DNA from: Takakia lepidozioides
Taxonomy: Eukaryota > Plantae > Bryophyta
Assembly (NCBI GenBank): GCA_030704615.1
Contig: CM060733.1
Coordinates: forward strand, 6,882,001 to 6,946,000
DNA: 64,000 bases
Direction of reading: 5' to 3'
Shown: positions 26,010 through 37,099 of the stretch, one piece after another
Position numbering within the stretch: position 1 is the first letter of the stretch
Layout: every line of letters begins with the position of its first letter
Translations under genes and position numbers: made by a program
Notes under the pieces: generated by a model
What the model saw: only the letters and a program-made list of their open reading frames with translations
The model's database searches: none
What the model was told of the DNA's origin: nothing

Positions 26010-27303
26010 GTTCCGGGGGCCAGATGGTACTGGTGGTGCCTGGAGGCGACGAGAGTTTGCGTGAACGTGTTTGAGCTCCTGCAATCGAACACAAACTTGC
26101 ATTACATTCAAGAGATTGGTCTTTGTATGCCGTTAATTGCATTTGACAAGAGTATGGAAGGATGTGGAGTGCAAGTACATGTCGTCTAGCTGATCTACAG
26201 ATGCGGGAATATGTTAAGCTGTCTAGTGCTATCACCATAGGGTATGTAGATACGGCCATGATGGCTGAAATAAAGTGTAAACTGGAAGCTGATCAGCCAC
26301 AGTCCTGACTTGGATTTGGTGATTACATATTCATGATTTCACCAGAAAACTTCAACTTTGACTTCGAGAACAATTTACTTACATATCTGAGATGTCCCAC
26401 TCGTATGGATGGATTCCGAATTACCTGCTAGTGGGGGGAGACAAGACAAGCTAGCATTCGCCAGGGGAGGGCAGCTACTTCTTCAGAGAAAACATCATGT
26501 AACGAGCATGACATTCACCCGATGCTGCTCGAGGGCCCTATGAATTTATGCGTGAGAGCAGTGCTGTATCATGGAAAGGCAGAGACGATATTATATCTAA
26601 ATAGAATATTGTACCTGCAAATCGAGTAAGGAGTCCGGTGTCCCGTTGAGACCAATCAAATCATGCTCCCGGACTTTGGATGATGCCAGAACTGCAGGAG
26701 AAACAGTTACGGCGCCATTAGCTCACTAGTTACAGACTGCAGGTAAATTTTAATCGGTGATTGCTGCAGCATTCCTAGCTGGACTTATACACAAATTGAC
26801 GCATGCATCAGATGAATTCATATTTATTGAAGTCATATTGTGCTACGAATTCTCGAGAGCTGTGATATAAGCAGCGGAGTTGTTCCAACCACGATTACGA
26901 TGCTCTAACGATAAGCTCTTACAAAGTCGATATTTCGTCTAATGTAGTACTAGTTCCTGAGGTGGACACTTAGAATGTGGTAGCATGCAGTCCGCAGTGG
27001 TAAAATTTGTCGTTATGATGGTAAAAGAGTAGAAATTCAGATGCACACTATGTACCTCTGGAGTCAATGTGCAGAAGATGGCGCGAGCGTGTGCTTGCAC
27101 CAGAGACAAAGAGGACCTGCAGGCTACCAGTTATCACCAGTAGCTGGAGCAGCAGCACTTTTTGGAGGGTATAAGATTCAATGGGATGGTGCTTATGTCC
27201 CTTCTGGGCGGCCATGTAGCCGGCTGTCGACCCTCGGGCCCTACAGAGTTTGTTTGGCTCATGCAACTCTCTGCAAAACAACGTTTGTATGTAGGTCTAG
27301 TCC

Positions 27304-27355
<52 letters not shown>

Positions 27356-27660
27356 GAATGCGTGATTCACCTGGGGTGGTAAGTTAATATGACACAAGCA
27401 CAAAACACTAGAGCCCGAGGCTCTAAAACTATCATGCTCTCCAAGGAACACGTCTGAGTCAACGCGTTGCGCTGGTCCCACTGATTCTTCTGTCAAGGCA
27501 CGGGCATAGGGTCTTTCATTTCAATCCCTTGGAATCGGGATGAGGACTTGGGAGAGCGCAATCTAAGCTACAAGAGACTTTGACAATATTCCACCCTGTC
27601 CGAGAGTAGCAGTGCGAATTTAACCCCGGAAAGATTTTCAAAGGACAAATTAAGAAAATT
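26010..27660 (+). repeat. Decayed module, copy C (inverted relative to A and B) with (CT)n
   Basis: Reverse complement of copy B; (CT)n at 27306-27351 follows GTAGGTCTAGTCCGAT, as in copy A. Confidence 0.75.
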
Positions 27661-28109
27661 CGCTGGCATAAGAAAAACGTTGTCTCTTGTATGCATGTGT
27701 AAACTGGGCTCGCCCACCATTTGGTATCTATTGCTTCACAAACTGATGCTGCTTTCTAGTTTTGTGAAATCATGCCGAGGGTTGAATATATTCACGCGCA
27801 AGTTTCAGGTGTGGAGATTGGACTTTCCCTTCAAGTCCTCATTGACTCGAAATGTCCGTGCATTGACAGACGAGTCGGTGGGACCAGGCCTTGATGCATT
27901 GACCAGCAGCGCCAATTTCAGACGCGGCAACTCCACAATGCCGCGGCCTGCGGTTTCGGGGCTCTTCGCGCGTCCCCAGCAGCACCACCCCAACTCGGCC
28001 GAGTGTCGGTCGTCTCGCAAATCCGCTCTTCAAGCAGGGCATCTACAACTCCGTTGCAGCCCCCCCAAGTCTCACACGGCGCTATCTGGATCTTTGAGTA
28101 TGGTCTCGT

Positions 28110-29214
28110 GATGGAATGGGAGCATCTTATCGTCTCTGCAGCCACTTATGGCACGCCGGGTCGTTGCTACTGCACACACCAGGGCGCCTCCTCCAACTAC
28201 AACCAATGTGGGAGGAACCACAACAAGACCTCGCGGCACCAAAGGGAAGCACTTCCAGGATAACAAAGAAAAGGCTCTTTCCTAGCGATCTCTCAAGATC
28301 CATGCACAGGAAATGGGCAAAAGAGTGTCACTTTCTGGGAGAGGGTGGGTCTCGGCGCATTACAATGAGCACCATCCAGCAGGGTGTGGCTATAGACATG
28401 CCAGATCCTTGGAGACGAAGTGGGGAAACATCAAGCATGATGTGTCCAAGTTCGCAGGTGTTTATTAGCAGGTGATAAGCGTGAAGGAATTGGGAACCGG
28501 TCACAACGATAATCTCCAACGTGCGCTTGAGCTCTACCAACTCAACTCAAGAACCCTACCAAGCTGGAATTCCTATACCTTCATTGCGGCTTGTATTACG
28601 TGGCGTTCCTCGATGGACAGAAGGGCCACAAGATCTTAGCAAACCAACCCCAGCGTTAAGCGAAAGTCTTCAATGATAAGCAAGTCCCCAGCTGTCCCAG
28701 CGGTTAGAGATGCTTCAATCGCGATTGACGTTATAACCCCTACCCCAACTTCAACAGAGAGCGATATGGAAGATGGGCATGAGGGTGGCTTGCCGGCACC
28801 TACCTGCATGGCCAGGCCAATTGGATCGAGAGAGCGGCTAAGGACCAGTTGGGGATAGCTCGGTCGAGAGAGAGCTCACCTAGGGCGCAAGCAGATGCTA
28901 TCGAAGGTCTCACTAGAGAAAGCTAAAATGATGTCGGATCAATCAGCATTGCAATTGATTTCCATGCCACTGCCGCATCGGGGAGGACGCTCGTGAGTAC
29001 CTATTGTTGAGAAGGCGTGAGGAGCTCAATAAGATTCGCCGACGGATTGCGGAGGAGGAAGCTGCAACAGCTTCTGCGGGGCAAAGAAGCAGCTACGCCA
29101 ACCAAGTCCGTGCCAATTCCACCCCGGCCGGCCAAGTTGCTTGCACCTAATCAAACCTCAGCACCTGTTCCATACATGGAGCACCTAGATGACATTGAAG
29201 ACGATGGAGGATGA
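28110..29214 (+). pseudogene. Harbinger ORF1, Myb/SANT-like (NAM-associated) DNA-binding protein, frameshifted
   Basis: Piecewise translation gives ISQDPCTGNGQKSVTFWERV, HYNEHHP, RSLETKWGNIKHDVSKFAGVY, FLYLHC, VPRW and RPIG. The start is approximate. Confidence 0.8.
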
Positions 29215-29394
29215 CTACCACGTAACGTGTTTAGGTGATCTGAGATTGGGTACAACTTGAATGCCAATTCAAGGATTGATGTGTATTGTTTCGTGCACAA
29301 AGGCTGCACCTAAGTAATGATGAATAAAATCAATTCGTGTTTGATTGTAGCGTAATATGGAGAGCAGTGTTCAAGCACAATATGATTGGCAAGT

Positions 29395-32065
29395 GCATCA
29401 TGCATCAAGCATGTAGGTACCTTGAAACTGGCAAAACTGGCAAAATCACTAACGGGGGAAATCCAAAACCACAAAAAAAAATCAGATGCCTAAGAGGCAT
29501 TGTCAGGTGAATCATAGCCCTTTCTAGCATTCCAAATTTCCATCACGTTCTTGAATTGGCCAAGTGTAGCCTCCCATCAAGGTGCCCAAGCATGTGGTTA
29601 CCTTGAAACTGGCAAAACTGATAATGTCACTGAAGGGGGCCATCCAAAACTAGAGAAAAACATCCGATGCCTCGTAGGGTGAATCCTACACCATGCTAGC
29701 ATTCCAAATTGCCATCCCGCATCAGAATTGGCCAAGTCTAGCCCCCCATGAAAGTGTTCAAGCATGTAGGTACCTTGAAACCGGCAAAACTAACAGAGTC
29801 ACTAAAGGGGACCATCCAAAACTACTAAAAAAAAACACATGCCTAAGAGGCAATGTCAGGTGAATCCAAGCCCTTGCTAGCATTCCAAATTGTCATTATT
29901 CACTTGAATTGGCCAAGTGTAGCCTCCCATCAAGGTGCCCAAGCATGTAGGTACCTTGAAACTGGCAAAACTGCCTCAGAGTCATTGAAGGGGGCCATCC
30001 AACACTATAAACAAAAATCAGATGCCTAAGAGGCATTGTCAGGTGAATCATAGCCCTTTCTAGAATTCCAAATTTCCATCATGCACTTGAATTGGCCAAG
30101 TGTAGCCTCCCATCAAGGCGCCCAAGCATGTAGTTACCTTTAAACTGGCAAACCTGCCTCAGAGTCACTGAAGGGGGCCATCCAAAACTAGAAAACAAAA
30201 TCCGATTACTAAGAGGCATTATCAGGTGAATCATAGCCCTTTCTAGCATTCCATATTTCCACCATGCACTTGAATTGGCCAAGTGTAGCCTCCAATCAAG
30301 GTGCCCAAGCATGTAGTTACCTTGAAACTGGCAAAACTGACAATGTCAATGAATGGGGCCATCCAAAACTAAAGAAAAACATCCGATGCCTACGAGGCAC
30401 TATCAAGTGCATCCTACACCATGCTAGTATTCGAAATTGCCATCCCACATCTGAATTGGCCAAGTCTAGCCCCCCATGAAAGTGTTCAAGCATGTAGGTA
30501 CCTTGAAACTGGCAAAACTGCCAGAGTCACTAAAAGGGACCATCTAAAACTACTAAGAAAAAACAGATGCCTAAGAGGCATTGTCAAGTGAATCGAAGCC
30601 CTTTCTAGCACTCCAAATTTCCATCATGCACTTGAATTGGCCAAGTGTAGCCTCCCATCAAGGTGCCCAAGCATGTAGGTACCTTGAAACTGGCAAAACT
30701 GCCTCAGAGTCATTGAAGGGGGCCATCCAACACTATAAACAAAAATCAGATGCCTAAGAGGCATTTTCAGGTGAATCATAGCCCTTTCTAGAATTCCAAA
30801 TTTCCATCATGCACTAGAATTGGCCAAGTGTAGCCTCCCATCAAGGCGCCCAAGCATGTAGTTACCTTGAAACTGGCAAACCTGCCTCAGAGTCACTGAA
30901 GGGGGCCATCCAAAACTAGAAAACAAAATCCGATTACTAAGAGGCATTATCAGGTGAATCATAGCCCTTTCTAGCATTCCATATTTCCACCATGCACTTG
31001 AATTGGCCAAGTGTAGCCTCCCATCAAGGTGCCCAAGCATGTAGTTACCTTGAAACTGGCAAAACTGACAATGTCAATGAAGGGGGCCATCCAAAACTAA
31101 AGAAAAACATCCGATGCCTACGAGGCACTATCAAGTGCATCCTACACCATGCTAGCATTCCAAATTGCCATCCCGCATCAGAATTGGCCAAGTCTAGCCC
31201 CCCATGAAAGTGTTCAAGCATGTAGGTACCTTGAAACCGGCAAAACTAACAGAGTCACTAAAAGGGACCATCCAAAACTACTAAAAAAAAACACATGCCT
31301 AAGAGGCAATGTCAGGTGAATCCAAGCCCTTGCTAGCATTCCAAATTGTCATTATTCACTTGAATTGGCCAAGTGTAGCCTCCCATCAAGGTGCCCAAGC
31401 ATGTAGGTACCTTGAAACTGGCAAAACTGCCTCAGAGTCATTGAAGGGGGCCATCCAACACTATAAACAAAAATCAGATGCCTAAGAGGCATTGTCAGGT
31501 GAATCATAGCCCTTTCTAGAATTCCAAATTTCCATCATGCGGCCAAGTGTAGCCTCCCATCAAGGCGCCCAAGCATGTAGTTACCTTGAAACTGGCAAAC
31601 CTGCCTCAGAGTCACTGAAGGGGGCCATCCAAAACTAGAAAACAAAATCCGATTACTAAGAGGCATTATCAGGTGAATCATAGCCCTTTCTAGCATTCCA
31701 TATTTCCACCATGCACTTGAATTGGCCAAGTGTAGCCTCCCATCAAGGTGCCCAAGCATGTGGTTACCTTGAAACTGGCAAAACTGACAATGTCAATGAA
31801 GGGGGCCATCCAAAACTAAAGAAAAACATCCAATGCCTACGAGGCACTATCAAGTGCATCCTACACCATGCTAGAATTCAAAATTGCCATCCCACATCAG
31901 AATTGGCCAAGTCTAGCCCCCCATGAAAGTGTTCAAGCATGTAGGTACCTTGAAACTGGCAAAACTGACAATGTCACTGAACGGGGCCATCCAAAACTAC
32001 TAAAAAAAACAGATGCCTAAGAGGCATTGTCAGGTGAATCAAAGCCTTGTTAGCATTCCAAATTG
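29395..32065 (+). repeat. About 182-bp tandem satellite (about 15 monomers) with a 4-monomer 728-bp higher-order repeat
   Basis: AAGCATGT(A/G)G(G/T)TACCTT(G/T)AAAC recurs mostly every 181-183 bp. Near-identical shadow ORFs start at 30079, 30807 and 31535, giving a 728-bp period. Confidence 0.95.
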
Positions 32066-33015
32066 GGCTATTATTCCCTAGAAAGGGCTATTATTCACCT
32101 GACCATGCCTCTTAGTAATCTGATTTTTTTTTGTAGTTTTGGATGGCCCCCTTCAATGACTCTGTCAGTTTTGCCAGTTTCGGCCAATTCAAGTGAATGA
32201 TGGCAATTTTGAATGCTAGAAAGGGCTATGATTTCATTCACCATTCCTATTAGGCATCTGATTTTTGTTTGTAGTTTTGGATGGCCCCTTTAATGACCCT
32301 GTCAGTTTTGCGAGTTCAAGGTAACCACATGCTTGGGCACCCTGATGGGAGGCCAAACTTGGCCAACTCAAGAGCACGATGGAAATTTGGAATTCTAGAA
32401 AGGGCTATGATTCACCTACAATTCTTCTTAGTAATCTGATTTTTTTTTCTAGTTTTGGATGGCCCCCTTCTGTGACTCTGAGGCAGTTTTGCCAGTTTCA
32501 AGGTACCTGCATGCTTGAACACTTTCATGGGGGGCTAGACTTGGCCAATTCTGATGTGGGATAAAAATTTGGAATGCTAGAATGGTGTAGGATTCACCTT
32601 AAAATGCCTCTTAGGCATCTGATTTTTGTTTATAGTTTTGGATGGCCCCCTTCAATAACATTGTCAATTTTGCCAGTTTCAAGGTAACCACATGCTTGGG
32701 CACCTTGATGGGAGGCTACACTTGGCCAATTCAAGAACACGATGGCAATTTGGAATTCTAGAAAGGGCTATGATTCACCTGAAAATGCCTCTTAGTAAAC
32801 TGATTTTTGTTTCTAGTTTTGGATGGCCCCCTTCAGTGACTCTGCCAGTTTTGCCAGTTTCAAGGTACCTACATGCTTGAACACTTTCATGGGGGGCTAG
32901 ACTTGGCCAATTCTGATGTGGGATGGCAATTTGGAATACTAGAATGGTGTAGGATGCACCTTTAAATGCCTCTTAGGCCTCTGGTTTTTTTATGCGTTTT
33001 GGATGGCCCTTTTCA
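32066..33015 (-). repeat. Inverted arm of the same satellite (about 5 monomers)
   Basis: Reverse-complement monomers (CAGTTTCAAGGTA.C.ACATGCTT, TTTTGGATGGCCCC). The switch point at about 32065-32095 carries a duplicated GGGCTATTATTC. Confidence 0.9.
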
Positions 33016-33051
33016 ACGTACCTTTGGACTTGAAGACCTTGTGGTCATGGG

Positions 33052-34362
33052 TCACATGTGCAGTAAGACTGGCCCTTTTCCAGGCATGATACAGCTGCCC
33101 ACATTGCTCAGTGATGTCAAACCAAAGTTTGTAGTGTTCATGTTTTCAATATCTTCAGTGCTTTCTACCAACCCTTGGAAGGTCAAGCCTCGTCTCATGT
33201 GTGCACGGCCAAAGTGGTTAACCATTGGCTCCAATCCCAAGTCTGATTCATCCTCAATAATCATATTGTGCTTGATGACGCAAGCAAGCATAATGTCTAT
33301 AATGGTACCAAGATCCCACTGCCTGCAAGGATTAGCAATGAAGCCCAACGCGCTTGCAAGACACCAAAACAACGCTCAACATCTTTGCGAGCTGCCTCCT
33401 GCATCATACAAAAATGTTGTCGCTTCTCATCCTACGGTTCATGAATTGTTTGAACAAAACATGCCCACTTCGGATAAATGCCATCTGCAAGCAAATAGTA
33501 CCGAGGATAATTTTGGCCATTGACCAGAAAATTGACACGGTGTCCTGAGCCAAACAACATATCAGCAACAAGGGGTGACATGTCCAATACATTGATGTCA
33601 TTGTTGGATCCAGGCAAGCCAAAGTAAGCATGCCATATCCATAATGACTGATCAGCCACAGCCTCCAATATGATGCTCCTAACCCCATCCTTATCTTAGA
33701 ACTGACCCTGCCATCCAACAAGGCAATTCTTCCACTCCCAATATATCCAATCAATCGATGCAAACATACCCGTAAAACCTCTCGCAGCATTGATGTCCAT
33801 CTGTTTCTCCAAATCAGCACGAGTAGGTTGCCGGAGGTAGGTATCCTAAAAGCAAGCTTGGATTGCCCCACAAACCGCTTCATAGAAAGCATTGTAGTGC
33901 TAGCACCCATTCGCACGTACTCATCGGGTTGCATCAGCCCCCACTCCATAAGCAAGCATTTGCAATGCAGCAATGCATTTCTGAATGCTTGACAACCCAA
34001 TCAAACCTGTAGCATTAGGCTTCTGTAGGAAATAGACATCATAAGCCACTACTGCATCCACAATCCTCATATACAAAGACTTCATCATCCTGAAACGGCG
34101 TCTGAAAAGCCTCTCGCCATAGACTGGCTTTTCACAAAAAAAATCTCTCATGATCGTCTCATGCCCAGCAACCCTATCTTTCTTCAAACTGTGTAATCTG
34201 CCAAGTTGGGAACCACCCCACTTGGGGACTTGCTTCTCTTCTACTTCCGAGTTATCCTGATTGGTTAAGAAGCAAGTCCATGAAGAGCTCATCATCTGAT
34301 TCATCACCAAATAGATTGGTCTCAATCTGGTCCACAAGAGAAGCTCTCCAAGCATCCACCAT
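33052..34362 (-). pseudogene. PIF/Harbinger DDE transposase (plant type), frameshifted
   Basis: FRRRFRMMKSLYMRIV, ALQMLAYGVGAD, DEYVRMGAST, EAVADQSLWIWHAYFGLPGSNNDINVLDMSPL, YYLLADGIYPKW and ACVIKHNMIIEDE. Confidence 0.92.
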
Positions 34363-35267
34363 AGTAGTGTCCACAGAACCTAGTCCCAAGTATCTATTGC
34401 ACGGAGTGTCTGTATACGTTGCGATGAAGGTAGTATGGAGCAAACGATTTTGGCGCGAATGGGACAACGGCTGACAAAAGCATGACATCAGCGAGGCGCC
34501 ACATAGGACGTCGTCAGCGAGCGGCGGGGGGTTTGTTGTGGGAGGCTTACATGCTGCTAGCCTTCCCACTAGCTCCCACGGGATTAAATGATCCCCGGCC
34601 CAAAAATGGGCTGGCATAATGCCATTCGCGTGTCTGTTTGTTGTGCCACTGCTGGTCATGCTCTAACGGCATTATGGCAGCCCATTTTTGGCCCGGAGAC
34701 CCTGTCTTTTGCGCCATCTGGCACAGTTGTGAGTAACAACTTTATTTCCGTCATAGCTGGAAATACCACGTGTGACTTTTCATCGTACAACCTGACCTGG
34801 GCCCACCAAATTTGAAGATTCGTGCGAAGATCAGCGACGGAAAAAGAGCGAAATATGCCGTGGGAGAGGGGGTGAATTTCAGCGGGGACGGTGGCTTAGG
34901 GAGCCGCGCGGTGCTGCTGGGGACGCGGACAAGCAGCCCCGCACATCATCTTGAGGTTAGCATGCCATTTTTTACGCTGCTGGCCTCAGGGAAAGGAGTA
35001 GAGGTTGAGGTGCGCACTATGTGTAGGATAAGGGCCCCACGCAAAGGCTGTCACACGTTTAAGCCACTGGGAACGAGGGCGGAGTGTGTAGGGTAGGGGC
35101 CCCACGCGCGGGCTGTCACACGTTTGCACCACTGGTCACTCGGGTAACAGCTGCAGATATGAATTTGGAACAATGACTTCAAGGGTCTGTATGTTCAATT
35201 ATGATGCTATATGGTCGGCCATGAACATATATGGGAGGTTTATGCTGAATAGCCATTGGTCTCTGGA

Positions 35268-35427
35268 GGTGGATTTTAGCGCCCGCGAGTCCCCAAACAG
35301 GCCGTTTTGATTTTCGACGGGCTGTACAAGGTGCAGATCTGGGTGGATTTTAGCGCCCGCGAGGCCCCAAATAGGCCGTTTCGATTTTCGACGGGCTGTA
35401 CAAGGTGCAGATCTGGGTGGATTTTAG
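35268..35427 (+). repeat. About 74-bp tandem repeat, 2+ copies
   Basis: GGTGGATTTTAGCGCCCGCGAG...CGACGGGCTGTACAAGGTGCAGATCTG is repeated. Confidence 0.85.
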
Positions 35428-36182
35428 TGTTTTTTGGTGCTGCAAAAGGCCCTCCGTGTCAGCTAGGGCATGCAAAAGGGATTTGGCTGATTCAATTTCA
35501 GCTGTGAGATCTTAGGGTTTGAGTGGCAGGGGATCGGCGGTTGCCTTCCTCGCACGTTTTCTTTTTGCTTCCCGCGGTTTCCTCGTGCTTCTCTCTCTCA
35601 TGCTCTATCGCTCACGCTAGGTCGCAGCAAGGAGCCGTTGTTGTTGTTTGCAGGGAGCCTTGGCACGCCGCGCGCTGCATCTTCAAGACCTTTGTCGCTC
35701 TTCCTGCAACACCACCTACTTGCTCAGGTTCTATTGTTGAGCACGATCTGTCTTGTCTGTAGATGTGTCTGTTAGCCTTGCTTTGCAGAGGGGAGAAAGA
35801 GCTTGGAGTTTTGATTTGGGAGATGGTTGTCAATGTTCAAGTGTAATGGCTGTGCTAAATGTGCCCCCCCCCCCTGCGCCTGAGGGTCTTGTAAAGGAGG
35901 CGGCTGTCATCTCCTCTTGGGCGAGAGATTTAGGGGCGTCTAAAGAACAAATTGCTCAACTGATTGGGGCATTGAATGAGGACTACCTCCTCTCCCTCAA
36001 GCGCCCTGCGCGAGTCTCTTGGCCAGCATTCCCAGCCGCAACCTGCCAACTTCCGTTATTTGTGGCGTCGCTAAGCAGCAGAATTGCTCGGCTGGGTCAA
36101 GCGAAAGGAAGAGGGGCACCCTACTAGCTTCTCGCAAGCTGTGAATGATGTTTTGAGGGATTCAATTTGGCCTGACTTCGCT

Positions 36183-36628
36183 CACTAGTGCAGATTATCA
36201 TTTTTATGACTTCAAATATCACTATATTTGCAGTGATAAGTGCGATTATAACTACACCACTCTGCAGTGACAAACACGAAGTCAGTTCTACCATCACTGA
36301 GGAGTGATAAAGTGCGAAGTGATGGTCGTCACTGCAGACGTGGCACCTGCCAACGACTCACAGTGACGTGGGGTGTACTGTTGTAGTCATAATTATACGA
36401 CTACAAGGCCACATGTCATAGCTACACTTACGACGTCACTACAATTGAGCGCCAACATGGAGAGGTCTCTCCATGACATGCATGACCCCCCGGATGTATT
36501 TGACTACACGACTGTACCTTATGACTACACTTATGACTATATCACTACTCACTACATCGCTGAGGGTAGCATGTGGCATAATTTCATGACTACAAATATG
36601 ACTCCATCACTGTAGGTTTGTACTAGTT
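36183..36628. mobile_element. CACTA-type non-autonomous element
   Basis: Begins CACTAGTGCA, ends TGTACTAGTT, with internal TGACTA/TCACTG repeats; TSD not clear. Confidence 0.45.
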
Positions 36629-37099
36629 CTGGTAGGTCATCTAACACGTGTCCTTATTCGATTAGTTTATATAACCATTAATTCTATTATGTTTATTAAT
36701 TTCATGTAAATTTCATTTATCGTTTTGATATTCAGATATGTCTCAATATACAAAGCAATATATTTAATTGAATGACAGAATTTCGCACAAATACACATAT
36801 TGTCTCTGGAATGTCGATCATACAGCAAAAACCAATGGGAAAAATGTTCCCATGGATGCCACAAAGGCTCTACAATGAGCATTCAAGAAGCCTGAAAGGC
36901 CACATGGATAAATAACCAAGCCTCAAAGGCTACAAGACCCAAAACCCAAGCCCACACAGGGCAGCAGTCCACTAGTACTCCCTACAATTGAAGAGCTCTA
37001 TTTACAAATCACCACTGTGGCATATTTTCAACTACATTGCATCACATAGTCCCACCATTGACTGGGATTAGTAAAGTAATCATTTCACAACTTCTCGTC

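Larger units (their letters stand above)
27897..34663. mobile_element. PIF/Harbinger DNA transposon with convergent Myb-like and transposase genes and an internal satellite
   Basis: Right end CCACTGCTGGTCATGCTC followed by TAA (34664-34666). A partial left TIR match CATTGACCAGCAG lies at about 27897. Both hallmark ORFs are present. Confidence 0.8.

Noticed and set aside
29395-33015. CRISPR-like array or repeated small ORFs (71-77 aa)
   Set aside because: Whole monomers are repeated with no unique spacers and no cas genes; the ORFs are shadows of the satellite.
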